Assembly: GCA_050945915.1 (NCBI GenBank)
Contig: JBMNTV010000003.1
Location: 1-60,671 of the forward strand
Direction: 5' to 3'
Length of the DNA: 60,671 nucleotides
Origin: Christensenellales bacterium
Lineage (GTDB): Bacteria; Bacillota; Clostridia; Christensenellales; CALWSW01
The notes under the pieces were generated by a model. That model was not told the DNA's origin. It searched no databases and was given only the letters and a program-made list of their open reading frames with translations. Positions within the stretch are counted from its first letter, which is position 1. Each line of letters starts with the position of its first letter. The position numbers and the translations under genes are program-made. Of this stretch, positions 51,900 to 60,522 are shown piece by piece.

Positions 51900-53270
51900 T
51901 TATTTGAACAATAGATTATTGCACCGCTTACAGCGGTCATTTTGGATGGGGTTCATCATGGCGCAAACGTTGCAGTAGATGATGCGGTCTTTGGATTTGT
52001 CGTATTTCTCGTATGTGCCGAATCTTGGATGATACCGCACCCTGTCGCCAACGGAGAGATAGTCGTACATATGCCGCCTGCTGTCCCTTTCTACGATGGT
52101 TTTTTTCCTGCCCGCGTCGGTGTTGATGACCGTGGTGTATTCCGTATAGGTACTGTAACTGTCGTCGCTCGAATGATCGATTTTCTCCTTGCTGTATTTG
52201 TGGACGACCACCCCCTCCCACATGGGCTGCCTGGTCCTTCGCAAAGCCAGCAGATTCACGACCAGCATGATAAGGGCAATGCCAACGCCGATGATGAGGG
52301 ATTCTCCAAACGGGAAATCGTCCATCAGCAGACCGGCGACGGGAAAGCCTATCAGCGGCACGAAAACCAGCATCCACATACAGCCGATGGCGAGTTTTTT
52401 GTTTTTCTGCGCGGCGGCCAGGATTTCCGGCGAATGACACCTGTCGGAAAAGCCGACCAGCCCTGCCCTGGCCTGTGGAGACTCCGCATGGACTTGCTGT
52501 ATCGGCTTTTGCACTGCCTGATTCACTGCCTGATCCACCGCCTTGCCGCGGCCGATGCAAAATACGGCGCCCTCCGGCAGCTTTTCGCCGCAGGCCGTAC
52601 ACACGTCGGGAACGCTTGCCTGCATTTTCGCGCCGCAGCCCGAACAAAAAGTCGCGCCCTCTGGCAGCTTGTTTCCGCAGTTATGACAGAACATATCCGT
52701 ATCACTCCTGGTTTCGAATGGTTGAGACGGGGCGGGCTTCCTCACCACGGTTTTCGTCTTGCTCCTGCCTCTGTTCGTGCGTATAACAATTAGCAGCAAA
52801 ATAACGCATCCGACGGGGGCGAGGAGGTGATAGAGGATCGCCCTCTCTCCCATTTCGTCAAAATCGCACAGCGCTGACGGTTTGTTGATCTGGGGGAAAA
52901 TGGGAAGGTAGCGGATGCGCTCAGAGCGTGTTTCGCCCTCTTTCAGGCTCGGCCACGCCTCGTCACTTTGATAGATCACATAGCCCCGGTATTCCCTGCC
53001 GTTTACCAGAAACCAATAGCCCTTGGAAACGGTGCGGGAGCGATTTGGCTCCGCGTTGGTATCATCCAGCCGCGAGTGATAGCTGTCCACCGTGCCTATG
53101 ACGGACTCGCCCCATATCGCCAGCACCAGCGTGGAGAGGCTCACATACATGGCATACAGCAGCACGGCATAGATCATGATTTGAATGAGCAGGGGAGTGT
53201 TTCTGGGTTTTTTCATCTTTTTCTTCGCCGTGGCGCCCCCCTTTGTTCCATCCGCGTTTTCATTTCCCAA
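51900..53270 (-). CDS. Membrane protein with two DUF3592-like modules and three zinc ribbons
   Basis: 456 aa. The first module is TM, a beta region (RIRYLPIFP) and TM. Tandem zinc ribbons follow (FCHNCGNKLPEGATFCSGCG and VCTACGEKLPEGAVFCIGRG). The second module is two TM and a beta region (GDRVRYHP), with a terminal ribbon (YCNVCAMMNPIQNDRCKRCN). The start codon is uncertain (TTG 53270 has no SD). Confidence 0.7.
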   Translation of the reverse strand: MGNENADGTKGGATAKKKMKKPRNTPLLIQIMIYAVLLYAMYVSLSTLVLAIWGESVIGTVDSYHSRLDDTNAEPNRSRTVSKGYWFLVNGREYRGYVIYQSDEAWPSLKEGETRSERIRYLPIFPQINKPSALCDFDEMGERAILYHLLAPVGCVILLLIVIRTNRGRSKTKTVVRKPAPSQPFETRSDTDMFCHNCGNKLPEGATFCSGCGAKMQASVPDVCTACGEKLPEGAVFCIGRGKAVDQAVNQAVQKPIQQVHAESPQARAGLVGFSDRCHSPEILAAAQKNKKLAIGCMWMLVFVPLIGFPVAGLLMDDFPFGESLIIGVGIALIMLVVNLLALRRTRQPMWEGVVVHKYSKEKIDHSSDDSYSTYTEYTTVINTDAGRKKTIVERDSRRHMYDYLSVGDRVRYHPRFGTYEKYDKSKDRIIYCNVCAMMNPIQNDRCKRCNNLLFK

Positions 53271-53339
53271 ATCTGTGCCGTCTGAACAGAGCCTGTTTCA
53301 ATTGCCGTTAACCAATTGAACATCATGCCAATACCCATA

Positions 53340-54128
53340 CTATGGTTTCTTTCCCTCCCTTTCCCGTCGCAGCACTATGGCTATGCCCAGAAGAATTACT
53401 ATGACATACAGCAACGGATAAACGACGGTTTTGATGACGTCGGGATATGTCAGAGCGCGGAAGGGTAGCACGGCCAGTCTTACGGCTGAAAACCATACGG
53501 CGTAAAGAAGAAAAATTGCCCCCTGCTGCAAGCTCAGACGCCTGACCAGCCAAAACACCAACGGCAGGCCCAACGCAGCCCCGACCATCTCGTAGAGCTG
53601 CGTGGGATGAACGGCGCGGGATGCAAAGAGGAAGGGCATCCATTCGCTCAGCGCGTGCTGATAGCCGACCTTGGACGGAAACTCCACGCCCAGCGGGCCA
53701 AAGGTAGCCCGTCCTGCGCAGCAGCCGTTCAGGAAGCAGCCCACCCGGGCCAGACAGAGAGCAACACCGCCGGGAACTGTCATGGCGTCCAGACAGACCC
53801 ACGGGGATCGCCCCCATTGCCGTGCAGCGATGATCAGCGCCATCCCGGCGCCCAACACGCCTCCGTAAAAGGACAGTCCGGCCAAGCGTAGGCTGTACCA
53901 TTTCAGCTCACTTGAATAGTTGCCCGGATTGGCGGCCATGTTCCACAGCCGCGCGCCGATGAGAAAGGCGGCGGCCATGATCAGCAGCAGAGCCATGGAT
54001 TGCCCCCGCCCCAGCCCCGCCCGCCGGAGAGCGGGCAGAGCCAGTGCGCAGCCGGTTATCGCGGCCAGCAAGGCGCAAAGGTTATAGGCCGGAATCTGCC
54101 AGCCCCATATTTCAACAAGCGGGCACAT
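53340..54128 (-). CDS. lgt: Lgt-family (prolipoprotein diacylglyceryl transferase-like) membrane protein with a non-canonical active-site motif
   Basis: 262 aa. Lgt hallmarks are GLSFYGGVLG and HPTQLYE. The motif usually read as GR-x-GNF-x-N-x-E is ARVGCFLNGCC (53718-53747). Its ATG overlaps the upstream stop (TAATG). Confidence 0.8.
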   Translation of the reverse strand: MCPLVEIWGWQIPAYNLCALLAAITGCALALPALRRAGLGRGQSMALLLIMAAAFLIGARLWNMAANPGNYSSELKWYSLRLAGLSFYGGVLGAGMALIIAARQWGRSPWVCLDAMTVPGGVALCLARVGCFLNGCCAGRATFGPLGVEFPSKVGYQHALSEWMPFLFASRAVHPTQLYEMVGAALGLPLVFWLVRRLSLQQGAIFLLYAVWFSAVRLAVLPFRALTYPDVIKTVVYPLLYVIVILLGIAIVLRREREGKKP

Positions 54129-55288
54129 TATGGCGCAAGTGGCTTGGAGCCGTCCAGTTTCACCATAAAGTAGAAGTCGCTCTCCGGGAAGAAGGCGGTC
54201 ATCTTAAACTCGCCGGAGAGGACAACGCCGTCCTTATCCCCATTATATCTGGCAAGCAGTTCTCCCTTTGCGCTGGCATCTAGTTCAGCGCCGCTCATAT
54301 CAAAATTCAGTTTACCGGAAGTCGGGTCATAGACCACATTGCCTATGCTGTCGTCAAGAGTCAAAGTACCGGCATTTTCCTCAGTCTTACTGATAGTAAA
54401 AGGAGATGGGTTGGCTACGCCGATCTGTTCCTCTAACCCCAGTAGAGCGCCGGCTATATCGCAGCCAGCATATTCTTCATTGAGTCCATCAAGAACCGGG
54501 TCTCCGCTATCCTCCGATGAAGCGGGCTTCTCCAGTTCCGCACGGAGTGCATCGGAAATGAACACGCTGGTGATGGTCATGGTTCCATTCTCACAGCTGC
54601 CCACCAGCTCATCAAATGTAGGCGCGCCGCCAATCGTTACCTCCGTCACCGGCGCGGAGAGCTTGAAGCCCAATGTCAGCTTCGGCTCGTCGTGATCGGG
54701 GTCGTCGCCGGGTTTGAACAGCTGCAACTCCCTGGGGCAACCGGCCAGAATATAGCCCAGCAGGGTAAACTGAACGGAGGCCCCGGCCGCGCCCCTCATC
54801 GTACCGCTCCAGTTCTCCCTCACCGCGTTTTCGGAAAGCGGAGCGAAGCGCATGGCGTAGCCGTCATACTGCGACTTCTCGCCCTCGGGGGTATCTTCCA
54901 CGATGTTGAAGGTGATGACCTGATTAAAGAATTTCCTGACCTCGTCCAGCGCCTTGAGATACTCGGCCTCGGCCTTGCGCTGCATATAGACGCTGACGGA
55001 CTGTATGACAGGGTAGAGACGCTCATAAAGCTGCGCCTTGTAAGCACCGACAAGGTTTTCGATTTCCGCTTTGGTCGCGTTGGGGATTCTGACCGAGCCC
55101 GCATTGATCTTATCCTTAAGATTCTCGATGACCTCGGCCATTTGCTCATCATTAAGGGTCCAGAATACGCGGGCATAGCGGTCGATTTCCGCTTCGATGG
55201 CGACCTTGGCGTCGTCGGGAGCGGGGTTGGCTTCGGCTATATCAATCAGTACTTGTCGCCAATCCTTCAGGCCGCGCGGGCCTTCCAT
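54128..55288 (-). CDS. Hypothetical 386-aa acidic soluble protein
   Basis: Long ORF on the same strand as the operon, with 22-nt and 1-nt overlaps with its neighbours. It has no signal peptide, TM segment or recognisable motif. Confidence 0.7.
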   Translation of the reverse strand: MEGPRGLKDWRQVLIDIAEANPAPDDAKVAIEAEIDRYARVFWTLNDEQMAEVIENLKDKINAGSVRIPNATKAEIENLVGAYKAQLYERLYPVIQSVSVYMQRKAEAEYLKALDEVRKFFNQVITFNIVEDTPEGEKSQYDGYAMRFAPLSENAVRENWSGTMRGAAGASVQFTLLGYILAGCPRELQLFKPGDDPDHDEPKLTLGFKLSAPVTEVTIGGAPTFDELVGSCENGTMTITSVFISDALRAELEKPASSEDSGDPVLDGLNEEYAGCDIAGALLGLEEQIGVANPSPFTISKTEENAGTLTLDDSIGNVVYDPTSGKLNFDMSGAELDASAKGELLARYNGDKDGVVLSGEFKMTAFFPESDFYFMVKLDGSKPLAP

Positions 55289-57222
55289 TTAAGATTCCGG
55301 TCCCTGCTGATGTATTGATCATTGAAATAGACATAAACCTCGCCGATCTTGTCCATCTTCATCGCCAAGCCCTGCTCAAACAAGGTGGTAATTGCATAGT
55401 CAAAGAGGAACAGCCCGCTGGCGGCAAGCCCCCACGCGGCAGATTCGGCATAGGAAAGAGCCAGCATGGCCGTGTCCTTATATAAGCCAAGGGTATCGTC
55501 TGTTTTTTTCGTACTGAACATCACCGCGCCGATCTTCACCACCGCCGCCACCTTGCCCAGCTTGTTCATCTTTTTGTAGGCCGACGAGGCCAGCGCGGTA
55601 TCAAAAGTCGGGCTGCCAAGGGACGCGATGTTTAGAATCGTACCCGTGAGGTCGGTGGCAAAGCCCACTTCACCGGCCGCTCCGGCCACGCCACCCAAAA
55701 ATCCGTTATATCCGGTGAGGATCCGCGCCGCGAGGTTAGCCGCTTCCTCTCCGTCCGCGCCACCGCCCGCCACATATTCGCGGAGCGTTTTCATGGCCTG
55801 CTGTTGGTCGATGCCGGTGATACCCGAATAAACATCGGTGATATAGGCGTTGCGCCTGCCCTCGTTCCTGACATAGAACGCGCCAAAGGTGGAGAGATGG
55901 TCGGTGTAGATGATCAGCTCGTCAGCTGCCGCGTCCACCTCGAACAGCACATCTTCCCATTCGCCGGTGGTTTCATTTTTGTACTTTGCGCCCACGCATT
56001 TTGCCGGGTCCTGCCCTTCCTCGCAGTAGGATGTGTCATAGGGGATGCGCAGGGTGATGAAATCCGAAAACTCAGTCATTTCACCCAGCTTGAAGTCATA
56101 GGCTTCGATCTTGTATCCTTCTTCCTTATTTTCTAATACCACAGTAAGGGCTATCACCGCAATCTCCGCGCTGGCAAGCCTCATCGATGTTACGACCATG
56201 CCCAGGACGCCTCCGCAAAGGACGCCGAATACATTGGCAGAAAGTCCGATGCCAAAGGTTTGCGCCGGGTTGTCGCTATAATCCAGCATTTCTCCCAGAA
56301 TGCTCCACCAAAACAGGTCAAAAATACCGCATGCGCCGAGCATCAGCGTATCCACAATCAGATGATAATCGGAAGTCTTTCGCCCTAACAACATAAAGCT
56401 GATGAACGCTCCCATAATCATTGCCATTCCAATATACAGAATTCTGGAACGCTTCGCTTTCATAGGCAGGTTGCGCATAATCACAAGCGCCACGATATAA
56501 GGTACGGCCCAATACCAACTCACCAGCCCCGTCAGATGTTCAAAAGCAGGGTTGATGACCTGATACATCAGTCCGGAATTGATGGTGATGATAAAAACAA
56601 AAAGACACAGCAGTATTAGTTGGTTTTTGATGCCACCGCGCGTCTTTTCTTTCCATGCTTTGATCTGCTCATTCTCCTCCCCCACCGGCAACATCCAAAT
56701 GAAGGCCATACCGATTACAAGGCAAAGCATCGAAAGGCTGAGCCCGATAAACGGTGAGCAGTTCATGGCAACCACGTTGACTGCAATCATCAACAGGTTG
56801 GAATAAATCAGAACATCTGCGCAGGACTTCATTCGCTCGTTCTTGGGTGTAAAGGCTCTGAGAAAAAATCCCCATGCTGCCACCGCGCAGCCGCTAAAGT
56901 ATGCGCTGATCATCAATCCGCCCAACCATAGAGAGGATGGCGAAAAAAAGAAAGGGACGGTGGCAGCAAGGGATATGCTCATGCCGCTGAGCATGATGCT
57001 TTTGGCTGCCGCCCGGGACCTGACGAACAGACCGCAGGTAAGAAGGCCCATGAAATGTGCAATCATGGCAGTCAATATGTAAGCAGAGACATTTGCCCCA
57101 TGCATTTCAAGCAGGCCATACAGCACCTGTCCCTCAAACAGAAAAGAGAGCAGATACGCAAAGGAAAATGAAAATGCCGCAACAGAAAGCCTGCGGGCAT
57201 TGAAAGTCTTCAATCTGTTCAT
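55267..57222 (-). CDS. 12-TM MFS-like membrane domain fused to a ~290-aa C-terminal domain of unknown function
   Basis: 651 aa with an AGAGGG SD. By my count it has twelve hydrophobic helices split 6+6 by a central charged loop. Next comes a beta-rich region (IIYTDHLSTFGAFYV), then a Gly/Ala-rich amphipathic part (GFLGGVAGAAGEVGF, AWGLAASGLFLF). Confidence 0.7.
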   Translation of the reverse strand: MNRLKTFNARRLSVAAFSFSFAYLLSFLFEGQVLYGLLEMHGANVSAYILTAMIAHFMGLLTCGLFVRSRAAAKSIMLSGMSISLAATVPFFFSPSSLWLGGLMISAYFSGCAVAAWGFFLRAFTPKNERMKSCADVLIYSNLLMIAVNVVAMNCSPFIGLSLSMLCLVIGMAFIWMLPVGEENEQIKAWKEKTRGGIKNQLILLCLFVFIITINSGLMYQVINPAFEHLTGLVSWYWAVPYIVALVIMRNLPMKAKRSRILYIGMAMIMGAFISFMLLGRKTSDYHLIVDTLMLGACGIFDLFWWSILGEMLDYSDNPAQTFGIGLSANVFGVLCGGVLGMVVTSMRLASAEIAVIALTVVLENKEEGYKIEAYDFKLGEMTEFSDFITLRIPYDTSYCEEGQDPAKCVGAKYKNETTGEWEDVLFEVDAAADELIIYTDHLSTFGAFYVRNEGRRNAYITDVYSGITGIDQQQAMKTLREYVAGGGADGEEAANLAARILTGYNGFLGGVAGAAGEVGFATDLTGTILNIASLGSPTFDTALASSAYKKMNKLGKVAAVVKIGAVMFSTKKTDDTLGLYKDTAMLALSYAESAAWGLAASGLFLFDYAITTLFEQGLAMKMDKIGEVYVYFNDQYISRDRNLKWKARAA

Positions 57223-57409
57223 TTTGTACCCTCTAGCTCAGCAAAGATGCCGTCTATAATTATGCATTTGCAAAAGCCATTCGTCAACTTTTAAACCTCG
57301 TTGACTTTGGCAATGAATAACGTCCCGGTACCAAGAGTAGGATGACCGACAAACCGGGACGGAGCGGAATGATTCATATCAAGCGTATGGGCGCGGCTTT
57401 TGGACGATT

Positions 57410-58072
57410 CTATTTATTCCCTTCCTTTTTATCATTCTCTTCCTTTTTATCATTGCAAAGCAAAAACAATCTATTATATTGATCGTATTCGGGATAATGA
57501 ATTTCTTTATATTCCAGGATACTAAAATACTTTTTCAATAAATCGGTCCATTCTCCAGTCATCTGATTCCATAAATATAATCCATCATCCAAAAAGTTAT
57601 TCTCAATAATTTTTATATTCCATTCCTTGATTTCATGATCTGTAAGAAAAGGATTTAGTTTAATTAATACCTTGCCGCCTGTTTTAAGAATGCGCTTTAC
57701 TACTGCCAACACTTTCATAGCATCTTGCGGGTACAATTATCAATGATATTGGATAGAATCACTCCATCAAAGGCTCCATCGGCTATGGTCTCCAGCTCCT
57801 CCACTCCACCTGCAGAAAAAGCAAATTCCCCTTGATTGCTTAATTTTTGAATCTCTTTCGCAGCTTTAATCCCTTCTTCTGATTATACAACAACGAAACA
57901 ACATACTACCATTGCCGCAACCAAAATCCAGTATGGAATCAGAGTCATAACAAAGCCAATCCAATGCCTTATCCAAATCATTTTGACCCACACTTGCTTC
58001 TTTAACAGTATCTTTACTGGTCTCTCTGAATACCTTATCCCAATGTTTTTTTATTCTGTCATAGTTTATCAT
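57410..58072 (-). pseudogene. Class I SAM-dependent methyltransferase, disrupted
   Basis: The N-terminal frame (58072-57866) carries motif I LDFGCGNG. The middle frame (~57868-57722) reads SEEGIKAAKEIQKL...AFDGVILSNIIDN. The C-terminal frame (57736-57410) reads AMKVLAVVKRILKTGGKVLIK. There are at least two frame breaks. The segment normally between motif I and the next strand appears shortened. The region is very A+T-rich. Confidence 0.7.
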
Positions 58073-59574
58073 TCCAAATACCCCCGATTAGCGAAGTTAT
58101 GGGGCTTTCTTGGGCGTGCAGGCAGCAGGGAAAATAACAGCAACGCGATGGAGAACCCTAGCATCGCGCCCCCAAGCCATAGGGACAGAACCGGAAAAAC
58201 CGAAGTCACAAACAAGTACTCTTGAAAAACGCACCAAACCAGAACGCCCAGCAAAATAACTGCCGTCCCGGCTTGAAGCACTCTGAACACAACTCGTTTT
58301 TGCCGATGAGAGCCAACAATCAGCCTCAGGATCATCAACAAACTTGCAGAGATCAGCATACCGATGACCGCGCAAAGCCCATCATGCGCCCAGATGATCT
58401 TTCCCATGCCGACGGACGGAAACGCCCGCCACTGCGCCCAATCGCTGAGCACATGGGCGATGAGCGGCCAGCTTCTTTGGCTGTTTGTGAGAATAACGAT
58501 GGCATCGCCTGTTTCAGGCACAGATTGAAAATGCGTCATGATGCCGTTGCCCTGACCACCATGGGAAACGCTGCTCAAACCGTTCGGCAGCGTTTCAAGA
58601 TAATGCCCCAATCCATATGCCTCAAATACAAAACCGTATATTCCGATATTATCACTTTCGGGCTGATACATCTGCTCAACGCTTCCGGAATTTAAAACAG
58701 GGTTTTCTTTCAAGCCTGCTGCCGCAAAACGGGCAATATCATCTGCTGTGGCAAACAGGCCCCCCGAAGCCTTTGAGGGATAGAGATAGACCGGCACCGG
58801 CTTTCCGCTAAGATTATATCCCGTAGGAGGGTAAGGCGTGGCAGCTGTGTCTATCTCGAAGGTGGCGCTTTCCATGCCCAGCGGTAGAAATACCTCCGAC
58901 CGCAAGTATTCTGAATAGCTTTGCCCTGTGACATCCTCTATTAGAATTTCTAAAATATTGTAACCCACATTGGAGTAGGCAAATCCAGCCCCCGCTTCGC
59001 GTGTGGGCACCGCCTCCCCGGACATCACATCCCGGTTAGAGGGCATTGCCTCATCCGGGGCGTAAATATTGCTGAAATCGCCCAGCGGCATCCCCCCAGT
59101 GTGACTTAAAAGCTGACGAATTGTAATCCTTTCTGTCGGATAACCTGAATTCGGAAATTGCCAGCTTTTTAAATACTGCGATACCGGAGCGTCCAAGTCA
59201 ATCAAACCCTTTTCTGCAAGCCGCATAATTCCCCAGGCTGTAACGGGTTTTGTAATAGACTGTACGCTCATAGGCGTATCCACCGTCAACAACCTGCCGC
59301 TTTCCACATCCGCATAACCATACGCCTCAGTCCATACGATTTTCCCGTCCATTACAAGGGCGACGCTGCAACCCGGTATTTCATATTGCTTCATTAGGGC
59401 GGAAATACGCGCATCCATATGCACCTTAAATTCGTCTAACGGCATTCCGGCAGCTATAGTACGCTTGATTTGCAGACTGCCGGAGAACAAGGCAATCAGT
59501 AAACCGGTCACAATGGATAAAAGAATAAACCATGCCCATAATTTACGGCCTTCGAATAATACTGTGTTTTGCAT
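58069..59574 (-). CDS. Serine hydrolase of the beta-lactamase/PBP4* family with a C-terminal membrane anchor region
   Basis: I prefer ATG 59574, 5 nt after AGGTG. It has an N-terminal TM, an SxxK motif (SITKPVTA) and a YxN motif (YSNVGY). Three or four C-terminal hydrophobic helices follow. Confidence 0.85.
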   Translation of the reverse strand: MQNTVLFEGRKLWAWFILLSIVTGLLIALFSGSLQIKRTIAAGMPLDEFKVHMDARISALMKQYEIPGCSVALVMDGKIVWTEAYGYADVESGRLLTVDTPMSVQSITKPVTAWGIMRLAEKGLIDLDAPVSQYLKSWQFPNSGYPTERITIRQLLSHTGGMPLGDFSNIYAPDEAMPSNRDVMSGEAVPTREAGAGFAYSNVGYNILEILIEDVTGQSYSEYLRSEVFLPLGMESATFEIDTAATPYPPTGYNLSGKPVPVYLYPSKASGGLFATADDIARFAAAGLKENPVLNSGSVEQMYQPESDNIGIYGFVFEAYGLGHYLETLPNGLSSVSHGGQGNGIMTHFQSVPETGDAIVILTNSQRSWPLIAHVLSDWAQWRAFPSVGMGKIIWAHDGLCAVIGMLISASLLMILRLIVGSHRQKRVVFRVLQAGTAVILLGVLVWCVFQEYLFVTSVFPVLSLWLGGAMLGFSIALLLFSLLPARPRKPHNFANRGYLE

Positions 59575-59881
59575 ATCTGCACCTACTTCTGTCATGCAAT
59601 GTGCATCGCGGACATTCCACCCCATGCGTCTGAGCCTTGAGAAAGTCATCATGAATAACGGACAGCGGAAGAAATAAAGATGGAGCGACCGTTAGCTTTG
59701 GCGCTTCCACCAGCAAGCCTGAGGACGTCCAGCTCTGTTCAAACACTTCTACTCAATCTACTGGCTAAACATGTCTACACATTCGAGACCTAAACTCAAA
59801 ATCAATCTGTCTGCTTCTATTGCCATGATCCAAACTCCCTAGCCAGCACTTTGTAAATGACATTGTCTGGTGTGACTTAAT

Positions 59882-60271
59882 TCATCTTGCTTTAACCTCA
59901 AATATTGAACCCTCTCTGCGGCATCCCAGTTTTTCGTAATACGGATCGACATCGCTCATCACATAGACAGGCTGATCCGGAAAGTCCTGACATACCCGTT
60001 CCATGAGGCTTTTTCCAATTTGCCTTCCCCGATATGTTTTTCTTACGAGCAAATCATATATATAAACGCCAAAACCATCGTCTTCCCGACAGCGCGCATA
60101 ACCGCACACAAGAGTTTCATCGCAAGCTATATAAGTTATGCTCGATTCAAGTGCTTTAACGTACTTATCACGGCCGGCTGCCCCATGGTAATCACTCCAC
60201 TCATCTCCCGCATCGATGAGTAAGTCAAAAAGTAAAGATTCATCGGCTTTGCTGTATTGCCTAATTACCAT
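59882..60271 (-). CDS. GNAT-family N-acetyltransferase
   Basis: ~129 aa. The acetyl-CoA motif is YRGRQIGKSLMERV. ATG 60271 follows GAGGA (the track ORF starts at GTG 60286). Confidence 0.85.
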   Translation of the reverse strand: MVIRQYSKADESLLFDLLIDAGDEWSDYHGAAGRDKYVKALESSITYIACDETLVCGYARCREDDGFGVYIYDLLVRKTYRGRQIGKSLMERVCQDFPDQPVYVMSDVDPYYEKLGCRREGSIFEVKAR

Positions 60272-60522
60272 ACACTTCATCCTCACAAAAAATCGTCCTC
60301 AAATTATCCGAGTAGCAAAACATATTCTCACTATGGGTTTCATACCCATGTGCTAAATCCTTTTTGAAGCTTTGTCGATTCTAAGAAACAGGTCAACTAT
60401 GTCCGCCGCACATGGGAACAAGTCAAAGGATTTTGGAGTATTGGCCAACACGATCATTTAGAAAATGCATAATATAGTGAATATGGAACATCACTACTAC
60501 TTTGAAAAAATACTCCTCATAC

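Noticed and set aside
53323-53901. 192-aa alternative-frame ORF inside the Lgt-like gene, and similar ones at 51937-52647 and 51942-52793
   Set aside because: These are out-of-frame or antisense to ORFs with recognisable motifs (Lgt hallmarks, zinc ribbons). They are Arg/Gly-rich with no start signals.
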